A stretch of DNA of 64,000 nucleotides from Methanocaldococcus sp. 16A (GCA_049860595.1 CP187551.1); one strand, 5' to 3'; shown: positions 31,219 to 42,081, counted from the stretch's first letter. Numbers and translations are program-made. Notes: a model not told the origin generated them from the letters alone.

Positions 31219-33412
31219 GTTTGAAAATCCATTTAAATTACAGAATTGGAAATTTAAAAAATTTTTAATAATCATCTTATTTTTCCAAATATCTTTATTG
31301 GGATTATTCGCATTAAACAAGTTAGGAATGGATACTCCAATTATAAGACCGTTAATTGGATTTATTTATTTATCCTTCGTTCCGGGTTATTTATTGTTAA
31401 GAATCTTAAGATTACATAATTTAAGTAGTATTGAAAGTTTCTTATATGCTCTTGGATTGAGTTTATTTATAGATATGTTCGTTGGATTTTTAATGAATAT
31501 GTTTTATCCAATTTTAGGAATAACAGATAAACCAATTTCAGAAATTCCAATAGTCTTAACAATGGCAGGAGTTGTGTTCTTGTTGTATATTATTGCATAT
31601 CTTAGAGATAAAGATTATGATAATCCCGATTTTATAGATTTAAAAGATATTTTAAATCCACAGGTTTTATTTTTAAGTTTAATTCCATTTATGGCGATAT
31701 TTGGAACCTATTTGGTGAATTATTATCACAATAATATTTTGTTAATGATAATGATTGTTGTTATTGCATTGGTTGCTTTAGTTATTGGATTTACTAATTG
31801 GATTGATGAAAAATATTATCCTTATGCTATTTGGGTTATGGCGATTGCGTTGATTTTTCATGTTAGTTTATTTACAAATTATATACCTGTCCAAGATGTT
31901 TATGGTGAATTTTATATTGCCAATAGTGTTATAGGTAATCATATTTGGAACTATAATCTTTCCTCTAGCTATAATTCCGTCTTAAGTGATACTCTACTAC
32001 CTTCTTTTTTATATTATATTTGTAAAATTAGTCTAAATTGGACATATAAAATAATCTTCCCACTTCTTGCATCTTTTCTACCAATTGGGCTATATTCCAT
32101 ATACTCAAAACATCTAAGTAAAAAATCAGCATTTTTAGCATCTTATCTGTTTATAATTATTCAGCCATTTTATATACTTATCCCATTCCTAACAAAACAA
32201 CTAACTGCTGAAATATTTTTACTACTAATTTTGATGTTATTTTCTTCTAAATTGTATAAATCCAAAAAAATAATATTATTTGTTATTTTTGCCATGTCTT
32301 TAATTGTATCACATTATGGAACATCATATTTAGTTATGTTCATGTTTTTATTTACCGTAGTATTTCTAAAAATATTTGAAGCTATGAAAAAAGAAGAAAT
32401 GAAAAATCAGATTTCTAATGGGATAGTTGCATTCACATTAATTTATGTAGTATTCACTTTGGGATGGTATATTTATATTTCAAACTCAGTATCTTTTGCT
32501 TCATTAGTGGGTATTGGAAAAACAATAGCACATACAATATTTACCGAATTTTTGAATCCCGAGTATTCAAGAGGTGCCTATACTTTAACAAAACAGTTGC
32601 CTTTATTGGGTCAGTTGTTAAAATATATGTATCTAATCATTTCAGGTTTAATATTTGTAGGTTATTTAAAAACATTGTTTGATATATTAAAATCAAAATC
32701 AAACTTTAGCCCAATTTATTTGGCTTTTTCTACATACTGGATAGGTATTCTTGGAGCAGCTGTAGCTGTTCCATTTTTTGCGGTTATGAACCCATACCGA
32801 TTATATCATTTAGCATTTTTTACCTTGGCACCATTTAGTATTGTAGGTACTATTTTTGTATTTAATTTAATTAAAAAAATTAGAATAATAACTATTAATT
32901 ATAATGAGGTATTAAAAATTTTAACAGTATTTTTTGTTATTTTCATGCTTTTAAATACAGAATTTATTAGTGAAATAGTAAAACAACCGCCGTATTCGAG
33001 ATACTTAAGTGAAAATACCATACTGAATCAAAAACAAATTAACATCAATGAAACTGGAAAACTTTACAGTGGTATTATGACAACATATGATGTACTTGGG
33101 GCTAAATGGATTTCAGAACATGGTAAAAAGAATAACTTTATATATTCTGGCTCATGGGCTTTTGGTAATGCTCCATTACATGCGTATGGTGGAATACCAT
33201 TATATAGAGTCAAAGATATAACCCTAACACCCGTAAATGGAAGTTATATATTTTTTATGGAACTGTTAGTAAAATATAAGATTTGGTATTATAATGACCC
33301 ATTAGCTGCTAAATGTTTAATATATTATAATGCAACATCTTACTATAATATTTTAATTAAAAAATACAACAAAATCTACGATAATGGAGGATGTCAAATA
33401 TTATTATCCTAA
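31214..33412 (+). CDS. DUF2206-family polytopic membrane protein (glycosylation-locus associated)
   Basis: 732 aa, many TM segments, FVPGYLLLRIL, VSHYGTSY and C-terminal NKIYDNG. Confidence 0.78.
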   Translation: MKFENPFKLQNWKFKKFLIIILFFQISLLGLFALNKLGMDTPIIRPLIGFIYLSFVPGYLLLRILRLHNLSSIESFLYALGLSLFIDMFVGFLMNMFYPILGITDKPISEIPIVLTMAGVVFLLYIIAYLRDKDYDNPDFIDLKDILNPQVLFLSLIPFMAIFGTYLVNYYHNNILLMIMIVVIALVALVIGFTNWIDEKYYPYAIWVMAIALIFHVSLFTNYIPVQDVYGEFYIANSVIGNHIWNYNLSSSYNSVLSDTLLPSFLYYICKISLNWTYKIIFPLLASFLPIGLYSIYSKHLSKKSAFLASYLFIIIQPFYILIPFLTKQLTAEIFLLLILMLFSSKLYKSKKIILFVIFAMSLIVSHYGTSYLVMFMFLFTVVFLKIFEAMKKEEMKNQISNGIVAFTLIYVVFTLGWYIYISNSVSFASLVGIGKTIAHTIFTEFLNPEYSRGAYTLTKQLPLLGQLLKYMYLIISGLIFVGYLKTLFDILKSKSNFSPIYLAFSTYWIGILGAAVAVPFFAVMNPYRLYHLAFFTLAPFSIVGTIFVFNLIKKIRIITINYNEVLKILTVFFVIFMLLNTEFISEIVKQPPYSRYLSENTILNQKQININETGKLYSGIMTTYDVLGAKWISEHGKKNNFIYSGSWAFGNAPLHAYGGIPLYRVKDITLTPVNGSYIFFMELLVKYKIWYYNDPLAAKCLIYYNATSYYNILIKKYNKIYDNGGCQILLS

Positions 33413-34470
33413 ACTCCTTTTCCATATTTTCCTCGAATTCCATCCCAAATTCCTTTATAGAAATATTTTAATAAATAAGGTTTTTTCTGTAAAAACACAA
33501 AATTAATTAATCTTCGAGAGTGTTTATAGGTTAAAAACCATATTAAAAACAACAAATACTTTACAAGATTATTATGTTTTTTTACATATAAAATTCTATT
33601 TCTATGTCCATAATAAATAGAAGTTGGAGAAAACTCACCGCCTGAGCTTATAGAAACTTTATGCCATAAAATAGATTTAGTAGCACAAACTAATTTATAA
33701 CCTAAATTTTTACATCTAATGGATAAGTCAGTATCTTCATAATAGCAAAAATAATTCTCATCAAAACCATCCAATACTTTTAAAACATTATTTCGAATCA
33801 ACATTGAACATCCTGTAATATAACCGCATTCAACAATATCATTATATTTTTTATAATCTATTTTTTTAAAATAATAATGCCAAACCCTTCCAGTTTTTAA
33901 ATCAACTCCTCCCCCACCTAGTCCCCAAATCACATCACTTCTGCCATTATAATCATAATAATAAATCTTACTTCCAACTATCCCAATCTTTTCATCACTT
34001 TCAGCAACTTTAACCATTTCAATTAAAAAATTCTTATCTACAACAGTATCATTATTTAACAACAAAACATAATCAGGATTTAAAACATTTAATGCAAATT
34101 TAATGCCTATGTTATTACCTCCAGCAAAACCATAGTTATCTTTATTTTTTATTAGAATCATTCTTTTATTTGGTTCTAATGTTTCATATTTTTCTTTATC
34201 TAAAAATTTATTGGTTCTTGCTTCATCTTCCGAAAGTTCAAAAACTTTTATAGGTTTATTTTCTTTAGAATATTTAAAGAACTTTGAATTTACTTCTATT
34301 TTTCCATTACAATATTCTTTTATCTTTTCAATAGATTCATCCTTAGAATCATTATCTACAACTATTACATCATAATTTGGATAATTAATTCTGTAAAGGG
34401 ATTCTAAACATTCTATTGTATCTCTCCAACCATTCCAATTTAAAATTATTATTGATACTCTTGGAAACAT
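33409..34470 (-). CDS. GT2 glycosyltransferase (rhamnosyltransferase-like)
   Basis: IILNWNG, NYGFAGGNN, LLNNDT, GCSML, FDENYFCYYEDTDL. Confidence 0.88.
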   Translation of the reverse strand: MFPRVSIIILNWNGWRDTIECLESLYRINYPNYDVIVVDNDSKDESIEKIKEYCNGKIEVNSKFFKYSKENKPIKVFELSEDEARTNKFLDKEKYETLEPNKRMILIKNKDNYGFAGGNNIGIKFALNVLNPDYVLLLNNDTVVDKNFLIEMVKVAESDEKIGIVGSKIYYYDYNGRSDVIWGLGGGGVDLKTGRVWHYYFKKIDYKKYNDIVECGYITGCSMLIRNNVLKVLDGFDENYFCYYEDTDLSIRCKNLGYKLVCATKSILWHKVSISSGGEFSPTSIYYGHRNRILYVKKHNNLVKYLLFLIWFLTYKHSRRLINFVFLQKKPYLLKYFYKGIWDGIRGKYGKGV

Positions 34471-34812
34471 TTAAATACACCCGAAACTTTTAAATTAATG
34501 TATAGTTCCTTTACATTTATATTTATATTAAGTATATGAGACTATCTATAATTCTCACTTTGCTAAAGACATAAACAGGAGGAGGTAGACAGATTTCAAA
34601 ATTAGATATAGATCTCTAAAAGATTTACAATGAAGCTGATTATGAAAAATGTTTTTTAGATTTATCTCATGTTAACATTTAGGTGTTCTTTACCCAAATA
34701 AATATTAAGCTAATTCCAATATAAGACTTTTGAGGTATGCAAATACTTGTTGAGGAATATATTTGAAAAAACTATGCTTACAATATAGAAAACTTAACTA
34801 ATTGGTGATTAA

Positions 34813-36159
34813 ATGAGAATATTACAAGTTGTTCATGGATTTCCTCCAAAGCAGAGGGCCGGAACAGAAATGTATACTTATTATCTATCAAAAGAATTAG
34901 CTAAAAAACATGAAGTTCATGTTTTTTATCCCACGCGGGATAAAGGTAAAAAATCAATTACAATACATTCCTTTGAAAGAGAAAAATTACACTTACATGA
35001 GTTAGTTATACCTAATGATTTTATATGGAAGATAAAGAGGTTCTGGGATTTGTTATTAATTAAAAATACTTATATAAACAAAAGTGTTGAAGGGATATTC
35101 AGAACCCTTTTGAGAAGGATAAAGCCAGACATAATCCATTTTGAGCATTTAATTGGGTTATCTACCACTTTAATAAATATTGCTAAAGAAGAATTTAACA
35201 TTCCAATTGTCCTTACACTACATGATTATTGGTTTATGTGCCCAAATATTCAATTAATTACATATGAACATATAATCTGTAAAGAGCCAGATCCAAGCAA
35301 ATGTCGTGAGTGTTGGGTTAAAAATCGGGCAAAAGATATTTCCAAAGCATTAGGAGTGTATTATATTCCAAAATCTTTAACAGAAAGACCATTAGAGATA
35401 GTTTTGAAGATATTCAATCATCCAGAAAAATTTGAAAAAAGAAACAAATATCTCAAGTCTTTGCTTTTAAAGGCGGATAAAATTATATCCCCTTCTAAAT
35501 TTTTGAGAGAAACATTCATTAGATATGGAATCTCAGAAGATAAGATAATATACTCTGAAAATGGATATAACTTAGAAGTTTTTAAGGGATTTAAGAAAAA
35601 AAAGAATAGTACTAATAAAATTATTTTTGGGTTTGCTGGAAATGTTATTCCAATTAAAGGGGTTCATGTTTTAGTGGATGCATTTTTAAAAGTGCCAGAA
35701 GAAAAAGCAGAACTGAGAATATATGGATATTACAATCCTAAGTCGGAATATGTGAAAAAAATTTTAACAAAAGCAAAAAGAAAGAAAAACATAAAATTTA
35801 TGGGAAGGTTTGAAGATATAAAAGAGCCATATTCGGGGATTGATGTTCTTATATTTCCCTCTATATGGTACGAAAACTGTCCTTTAGTTTTGGCAGAAGC
35901 ACGAGCTACTAAAACACCAGTTATAGCATCTAACTTAGGAGCAATTCCAGAATTTGTAAAACATGGAAAAACAGGTTTATTATTCGAACCAAATAATCCA
36001 GAAGATTTGTATGAAAAAATTATGCAAATTATTCAAAATCCTAAACTGATAGAAAAGTTTAAAGCAAACATAAAACTACCAAGAAGTATTGAAGAGCAAG
36101 CCAAAGAAATCGAAGAGATATATAAATCACTTATGAGGTGTTATCATGAAAACCGATAA
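34813..36159 (+). CDS. GT4 glycosyltransferase with a Cys-rich insertion
   Basis: HGFPP..AGTE, TLHDYWFMCP, KGVHVL, PSIWYENCPLVLAEA. Confidence 0.88.
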   Translation: MRILQVVHGFPPKQRAGTEMYTYYLSKELAKKHEVHVFYPTRDKGKKSITIHSFEREKLHLHELVIPNDFIWKIKRFWDLLLIKNTYINKSVEGIFRTLLRRIKPDIIHFEHLIGLSTTLINIAKEEFNIPIVLTLHDYWFMCPNIQLITYEHIICKEPDPSKCRECWVKNRAKDISKALGVYYIPKSLTERPLEIVLKIFNHPEKFEKRNKYLKSLLLKADKIISPSKFLRETFIRYGISEDKIIYSENGYNLEVFKGFKKKKNSTNKIIFGFAGNVIPIKGVHVLVDAFLKVPEEKAELRIYGYYNPKSEYVKKILTKAKRKKNIKFMGRFEDIKEPYSGIDVLIFPSIWYENCPLVLAEARATKTPVIASNLGAIPEFVKHGKTGLLFEPNNPEDLYEKIMQIIQNPKLIEKFKANIKLPRSIEEQAKEIEEIYKSLMRCYHENR

Positions 36160-37087
36160 ATTTCAAACTGCTCTTAAGAAATATTTTGATAAATATAAAA
36201 CTCATCCCAGATATGAATTTTGGATTAAAGATCACCTATGGAAAGTAGGCATTCCCAATTCTGAGGTGCTAGATTATATTTATAATATTGTAGAATATAT
36301 TCATAAAAACTACCTATCCTCTTTTAAAAAAAATGAGATTAAAATCTTAGATCTTGGTTGTGGTATGGGTGAGTTTGCAGTATTCTTATCCTTATCAGGC
36401 TATTATGTTGTTGGAGTTGACATGGATAAAGAACAACTAAAAATAGCAAAAATTCTTAAAGAAGAAAATAAAGCTAAAGTTGAGTTTATTAATACTGATG
36501 CAACGAAATTACCATTCAAAGATGAAGAATTCGATATTATTATCTGTTTTGATGTTTTTGAGCATGTAGATGATTTGCAACCCATATGTAACGAAATGTG
36601 GAGGATATTAAAGAACGATGGAGTAATTTTTCTCAGATTTCCAAACAAATTAAAAGGCTATGAAGATCATGTCGGTCTACCTTTACTTCCTTTACTCCCG
36701 GAAAGAATCTTTCAATTTGTTTTTAGAAAAATAATAAAAAGTCGAAAATATTACCAAGAGGGTCTATATGTCTATTATAGAAGATTCTCAGAAGTTTATC
36801 AAGTATTAACGGCTGCAAATTTTCACATTTCTCAGCTACCCGAACATTTAATGTTTCCTCGATTACCTAGAATGTACAAACGATTGATTCGAAATAACGT
36901 TCAATACATACCAATAATCTCACCATATTTTCATTTTTTGCTTACAAAGAAACCTGTTGATAGTTCATTACAAAATCTAGATATAAGGAAAATAAAATTA
37001 TTCGAGTTCATATGGTGGTTCTTCGTTTTGATCATTTCCATTGCTAGTGTTTTTAAAAATACAATATCCAAAAAGAACAGGAGGTAA
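36146..37087 (+). CDS. Class I SAM-dependent methyltransferase
   Basis: ILDLGCGMG, VGVD, DATKLPFKDEEFD, DVFEHV. Confidence 0.88.
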   Translation: MKTDKFQTALKKYFDKYKTHPRYEFWIKDHLWKVGIPNSEVLDYIYNIVEYIHKNYLSSFKKNEIKILDLGCGMGEFAVFLSLSGYYVVGVDMDKEQLKIAKILKEENKAKVEFINTDATKLPFKDEEFDIIICFDVFEHVDDLQPICNEMWRILKNDGVIFLRFPNKLKGYEDHVGLPLLPLLPERIFQFVFRKIIKSRKYYQEGLYVYYRRFSEVYQVLTAANFHISQLPEHLMFPRLPRMYKRLIRNNVQYIPIISPYFHFLLTKKPVDSSLQNLDIRKIKLFEFIWWFFVLIISIASVFKNTISKKNRR

Positions 37088-37091
37088 CAAA

Positions 37092-38681
37092 ATGTCACCA
37101 AAAGTTCTAGTTATTGGTTTAGATGGAGCAACATGGAATCTAATCAAACCTTGGACTGATAAAGGAGAATTACCAACATTTAAAAAACTAATGGAAAATG
37201 GAGTTTGGGGTAATTTGGAATCCACGATTCCGCCTTGGACTATTCCTGCCTGGGAATCCATGAGTACTGGAAAGAATCCAAAAAAACTGGGTTTTGCTAC
37301 ATTTATGGTGAAAGACGGCTACAAATTCGTCCCTCATAACTTCAAGCACAAACGACAAAAAATGATATGGGATATTCTATCTGACTCCAATTATAATGTT
37401 GTTGTAGCTAATTTGCCGAATATTTACGTAGCTCAAAAAATTAATGGATGCATGATTGCTGGATGGCTTTGCTTGGATAAGAATCGTATTACGTATCCTC
37501 CTAATCTAATCAATGAACTAAATGAGCATTGCAATGGATATGAAATTGATATTTTTGATGTTGATTTTGAGAATGGTCGAATAACTGATGGTCCTGGAGA
37601 TAATGAATACTTAAAACGCTGTGAAGAGTTATTAGAAAAACATTTTTTTGCCTTTACATACCTACTGAAGAAATATATGTGGGATTTTGGATTTATTGTG
37701 TTTGTAACCCCTGACAGAATTCAACATAAATACTGGAATAGTAATATTTTACTTGAACATTACAAGAAGATAGATTCAAAATTGAAAGAATTACTTGACA
37801 AAATAAATGATGAAACTATCATTTTTTTAGTTTCAGATCATGGATTCGGATGTGTTAAATACATACTTAACATAAATGAATTCCTTATAAAAGAGGGTTA
37901 TCTAAAATTAAAAAAACCACCAAAACAAATGTTATCTAGGCTATTCACCATTATAAAGGAGAGTACACTGCTGCCTATTGCAAAAGCTCTTGTTAATCGA
38001 CTGCCTCACACTATAGCCAAATACTTGAAGAAAAAAGCATCACCTATAAGCTTTGAAAAAATGGATATAGATTGGAGTTACACAAAAGCCTTTGCATATG
38101 GTGTTTTTGGAGATGTATATCTAAATGTTAAAGGAAGAGAACCAAATGGTATTGTAGATCCTGATGAATATGATAAAGTACGAGAAGAAATTATTGAAAA
38201 GATAAAAAACATAGAATATAAAGGGAAAAAACTAAACATACAAATTTTTAAAAAAGAAGAAGTTTATCCAAATGCTACTTTATGGGATAATCTTCCAGAT
38301 TTAGTAATAGTACCTACTGATGATGGCATACATGCAATAAATCCGAACATTGGAAGCGGTAAGATAATAACAGAATCAAACGGATCTAATGGAGATCACA
38401 GACTTTATGGTATCTTCCTTGCTTATGGCCCAGGAATTAAGAAGGGTTACAAAATAGAAAATGTTAAAGTTTATGATATAGCGCCAACAATCCTCCATAT
38501 CTTCAGCTTACCAATCCCAAATGATATGGACGGAAAAGTGTTAACGAATATATTTGAAAAAGACTCGGAATTTGCAAAGAAAGAGATTAAATATGTGGAT
38601 ACAAGTTATTACGAGAAAAAACAAGAAGATGAAAAACTCAAAAAAGCTATTAAAAACCTAAGGCTCAAAGGAAAAATCTAA
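37092..38681 (+). CDS. AlkP-superfamily protein (phosphodiesterase/NPP-like, COG3379 type)
   Basis: GLDGA, STIPPWTIPAW (Thr nucleophile), DRIQHKYW, SDHG, GDH, DIAPTIL. No signal peptide. ATG 37092 after a GGAGGT RBS. Confidence 0.85.
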   Translation: MSPKVLVIGLDGATWNLIKPWTDKGELPTFKKLMENGVWGNLESTIPPWTIPAWESMSTGKNPKKLGFATFMVKDGYKFVPHNFKHKRQKMIWDILSDSNYNVVVANLPNIYVAQKINGCMIAGWLCLDKNRITYPPNLINELNEHCNGYEIDIFDVDFENGRITDGPGDNEYLKRCEELLEKHFFAFTYLLKKYMWDFGFIVFVTPDRIQHKYWNSNILLEHYKKIDSKLKELLDKINDETIIFLVSDHGFGCVKYILNINEFLIKEGYLKLKKPPKQMLSRLFTIIKESTLLPIAKALVNRLPHTIAKYLKKKASPISFEKMDIDWSYTKAFAYGVFGDVYLNVKGREPNGIVDPDEYDKVREEIIEKIKNIEYKGKKLNIQIFKKEEVYPNATLWDNLPDLVIVPTDDGIHAINPNIGSGKIITESNGSNGDHRLYGIFLAYGPGIKKGYKIENVKVYDIAPTILHIFSLPIPNDMDGKVLTNIFEKDSEFAKKEIKYVDTSYYEKKQEDEKLKKAIKNLRLKGKI

Positions 38682-40087
38682 AACTTCTTGTCAAGTATTG
38701 TTCTCAATTTCTTCCTTTCATCTTCTTTAAGCATTTTATTTAACTTGTCCACGAATATTGATGTAACCTCCTTATCTGTTATTGGATGCTGTTCAAAAGG
38801 GTCTTTCTTGAGGTCAAAGAGCCACTGGACGCCATCATCTGGAGCGTAGAGGAGCTTGTACCTCCCCAGAATTAAGACCTTCTTCTCATACCCATAACCA
38901 GCCGCCTCGGAGAGCAAAGGCCTTTTCTTGTTATTAACCTCAAAAAGATTCTGTCCATCAAAAGTTAAATTATGAGAAACACCCAGCAGATCCAAAATTG
39001 TAGGCATAACATCAACGGAACTAACCCTGTTTTCAGTAAAATCACCTTTTTTCTTAATAGCTCCATCAAATAAAACCGGCACCTCAATAATCTCATTGAA
39101 AACATTATGCCCATGCCCCACACCGTAATAACCTCTAGGATCATAGAAATTATCAGCCTCAAGTTTTGCATGCTCCCAGAACTCCTCGCCATGATCCGAT
39201 GTAATCAAGAGAATTGTAGAATTCAACAAGCCAGAGTCTTCAAGAAATGCATAAAAACTCTCTATAGCGTAATCAACGTATCTAAGTGTATTGTTATAAA
39301 GCAACATTCTATTTCTTCTATATTTCTCAAATTCTTTTCCTTTTTGTTCTTCAGGCCTTCTGAAATCCCACCGCTCAATATTTGGAATATTCCCCACTTG
39401 TCCAAAGTAATTCCTAAACTTTTCTGGCGGTACTATGGGCTCATGAACATCTCCAAGGTGCAGATATACAAAGAAGGAGTTTTTTCTTTTTGATATCCAT
39501 TTTCTCAGGTCATTCAGTAGTTCTTCAGCGAGAGTATCTCCAAGATAGAACTTGGGGACAACCCTACTTTTCAAAGGGTAGCTTGCAACATCAATCGCTG
39601 TTCCAAAGTATATCTCATATCCAAGTGCAAAGAGTATTTCGGGCAGAGTCAGCACACTTTTCTTAATTGGCTTAAATGCTTTAAGAATATCTAAATTTTT
39701 TATCTTGCTGTGAATATAGGCGTTGTGGTTGTGGGGGTAAAGACCTGTTAAAATCGACGCTACTGAAGGATATGTCCATGGTGCAGCTGAAATTGCTCTA
39801 AACTTTGCCTTCAGAGAATCCATGAAGGGCGTTGTTTCTCTTTGATACCCAGTAAATGAGAGGTTGGAATAGCGGAGGCAGTCCACTGTTAGAATAATCA
39901 CATTCAAGTCGGGCTTATTTGAAGTGTCAATATACTCGTCAAAATTTATGTTTTTGATCCTCGAATAGAGATCCTTTTTAGCTTTTCTCCCTTGATACTG
40001 GTTGTAAACTCTAAGTGCAAGCCTTTTTGTGGTATCATTCCGTTTAACAATACTCTTGGCAATAGTGGTTATATACTTAAATACCAT
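38678..40087 (-). CDS. Sulfatase-like AlkP-superfamily hydrolase/transferase lacking the formylglycine motif
   Basis: TVDCLR, APWTYPSVASILTGLYP (Thr where C/S-x-P-x-R is expected), DVHEP, SDHGE, GHGH. Start at ATG 40087 after GGAGGGAG. Confidence 0.82.
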   Translation of the reverse strand: MVFKYITTIAKSIVKRNDTTKRLALRVYNQYQGRKAKKDLYSRIKNINFDEYIDTSNKPDLNVIILTVDCLRYSNLSFTGYQRETTPFMDSLKAKFRAISAAPWTYPSVASILTGLYPHNHNAYIHSKIKNLDILKAFKPIKKSVLTLPEILFALGYEIYFGTAIDVASYPLKSRVVPKFYLGDTLAEELLNDLRKWISKRKNSFFVYLHLGDVHEPIVPPEKFRNYFGQVGNIPNIERWDFRRPEEQKGKEFEKYRRNRMLLYNNTLRYVDYAIESFYAFLEDSGLLNSTILLITSDHGEEFWEHAKLEADNFYDPRGYYGVGHGHNVFNEIIEVPVLFDGAIKKKGDFTENRVSSVDVMPTILDLLGVSHNLTFDGQNLFEVNNKKRPLLSEAAGYGYEKKVLILGRYKLLYAPDDGVQWLFDLKKDPFEQHPITDKEVTSIFVDKLNKMLKEDERKKLRTILDKKF

Positions 40088-40110
40088 AGCACTCCCTCCA
40101 TTTTTCCCTT

Positions 40111-41637
40111 TCAAACAAACTTCCTTAAAATTTTCTTTATTATCTTTAAATCAACCTCCAATTTCTTCTCTATCTCCAAAAACAGCTTAACGTCCTCTTT
40201 ATCAACACTTCTACTAAGCAAAACCAAGAAGAAGTAAACTCCCAAAAACACTGTAAGGACAGGAATTGCATACCATATGCTTGGTACTTTCAGGTGCAAG
40301 CTCTGAATTAGTCCCAATAGAACAAAACTTATTACCAAAGGCTTCACGTAATTCCAGCTGAAGGGATGAATTTTAGTCTCCTTATAGAGCTTTAGCGAGT
40401 TTAGAACATTTCCAACAAAGTAAGATATAGCGGTAGCTATTGCAGCTCCCTCCATACCATAAATCGGAATTAAGAAAGTATTTAGTATAACATTAAAGAC
40501 TGCAGAAACTAGACCTGATACCATAATAAATTTGCTTTTTCCGATCACAAGGAGACTCAGTCCGTTTAATCCTAAGAAAGTGTGAAACATAAAACCCATA
40601 GCCAAGATTTGAAGCGCTTTACATGCTTCCAAATACTTTTCTCCGAAGAAAAATCCAATTGTAGCCTCTGGGAAGAGAAACATTAAAATAAACAAAGGTA
40701 ATGTGACAAAAAATATCCACTTTGTTAATACTTGATAAACCCTACTCATTTCTTTAATTTTTCCCTGAGCATAGAGAGCTGTAGCTAAGGGAGGGTAGAT
40801 GAAACCAGCAGAATATAAAACTATAGGTAAAAGCTTTGCTAATGGAGCTGCAGCATTGTATAATCCAACAGCTTCTGAAGTTTTATAGTATCCAAGCATC
40901 AAAGTATCTGTCCATGTCATTATAAATCCAGCAATTCCTGTAAACATCAGAGGAATCGAAAATCTTATCAATTCTTTTCCTAATTTTAAATTGATAGAAT
41001 CAAGTTTAAACAATCCTCGTCTAAACACATTTATAACTAATGCAAAGAACGTAATAACTTGAGCTATTAAATATGCTACAAAAATGTAATAAAACTCTAC
41101 TTTCATAATAACTCCAATTCCTATAAAAGAAAACCATAGAAGTGGATACAATATATTCTGAAAATAAACTTTTTCCCTAACTCTTCCGAATCCTTGAGAA
41201 ATTGATATAAAAGTACCTGTTAAAGCCAAAAAAGGAAGTGCAAGCGATATTAACTTCAAAGCATAAGTCAATCGTTCTTCATTGAATATCTGAGCAAGAT
41301 AAGCAGACCCAAAAATCAGAAATGCTGTAAAAGCTAAACTTGTTAATAATATAATTATTAAAGCAGTTGATATTAAAGATCCTATTTTTGAAGGTTCTTT
41401 TTCCTTATAAAAAGCAATTTCCCTTGGAAGAGAATTTGGAAATCCAAGCGTAGCAATTATAATAGCTATATTGAGAATTGTCAAGGCTAAGTTATAAACT
41501 CCATATTCAGCAGTAGAAAAATACCTTGCTATAATTACCACGCTTAAAAACCCAAAGAACATTGAAATGATTGTCCCCACAAATACTATTCCAGCTCCTC
41601 TCGCAATTCCATGCAGAACTTTATTAACTTCACTCAA
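40111..41637 (-). CDS. Oligosaccharide flippase (Wzx/MOP superfamily)
   Basis: About 14 TM segments; ARYFSTAEYGVY, WTDTLMLGYY, VGLYNAA, LIPIYGMEGAAIAT. Confidence 0.9.
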   Translation of the reverse strand: MSEVNKVLHGIARGAGIVFVGTIISMFFGFLSVVIIARYFSTAEYGVYNLALTILNIAIIIATLGFPNSLPREIAFYKEKEPSKIGSLISTALIIILLTSLAFTAFLIFGSAYLAQIFNEERLTYALKLISLALPFLALTGTFISISQGFGRVREKVYFQNILYPLLWFSFIGIGVIMKVEFYYIFVAYLIAQVITFFALVINVFRRGLFKLDSINLKLGKELIRFSIPLMFTGIAGFIMTWTDTLMLGYYKTSEAVGLYNAAAPLAKLLPIVLYSAGFIYPPLATALYAQGKIKEMSRVYQVLTKWIFFVTLPLFILMFLFPEATIGFFFGEKYLEACKALQILAMGFMFHTFLGLNGLSLLVIGKSKFIMVSGLVSAVFNVILNTFLIPIYGMEGAAIATAISYFVGNVLNSLKLYKETKIHPFSWNYVKPLVISFVLLGLIQSLHLKVPSIWYAIPVLTVFLGVYFFLVLLSRSVDKEDVKLFLEIEKKLEVDLKIIKKILRKFV

Positions 41638-41701
41638 TATTTCCCAACCTCTTAATAATTTTAACTAAAAATTAAGTATCCAATTTATAAATACTTTATC
41701 C

Positions 41702-42081
41702 GAGTGTGTCTAAAATCGAGTAATATTTATATATTAATATAATAACGAAATAAAAAAATATGGTAGCAAAAAGATGGGATACGAGAATATATGATATAAA
41801 CGAGATATTGGAGGTTTTTGATGACGTTATGGGGAGTATAAAATTACCTAAGGAATTAAAGCCAAGAAAATATTGTATCGAACTACTACTTAAAGTTTCT
41901 GTTATTAAGGAGTTTTTAGGAGTATCGTTAAGAGCTATGGAAATCTTGACAGAGGTGTTTTTTGGAGCTAAAATTGACCATTCAGTAATCTATTACTGGG
42001 AAAAGAAACTAAATAACTATATTATATCGATAGTAAATCAAATTCTTAGGAAACTATGGAGTTTCTATCTTAGACATACTC
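41702..42081 (+). mobile_element. Internally deleted IS (probably IS5/IS4-like DDE), 380 bp, non-autonomous
   Basis: Left TIR GAGTGTGTCTAAAATCGA versus right TIR (reverse complement) GAGTATGTCTAAGATAGA, 15/18 match. TCC flanks both ends (41699-41701, 42082-42084). Confidence 0.8.

Noticed and set aside
34471-34812. GGAGGAGG and short ORFs in the divergent intergenic region
   Set aside because: No properly spaced start codon or recognisable protein motif; possibly a remnant, but not supportable.
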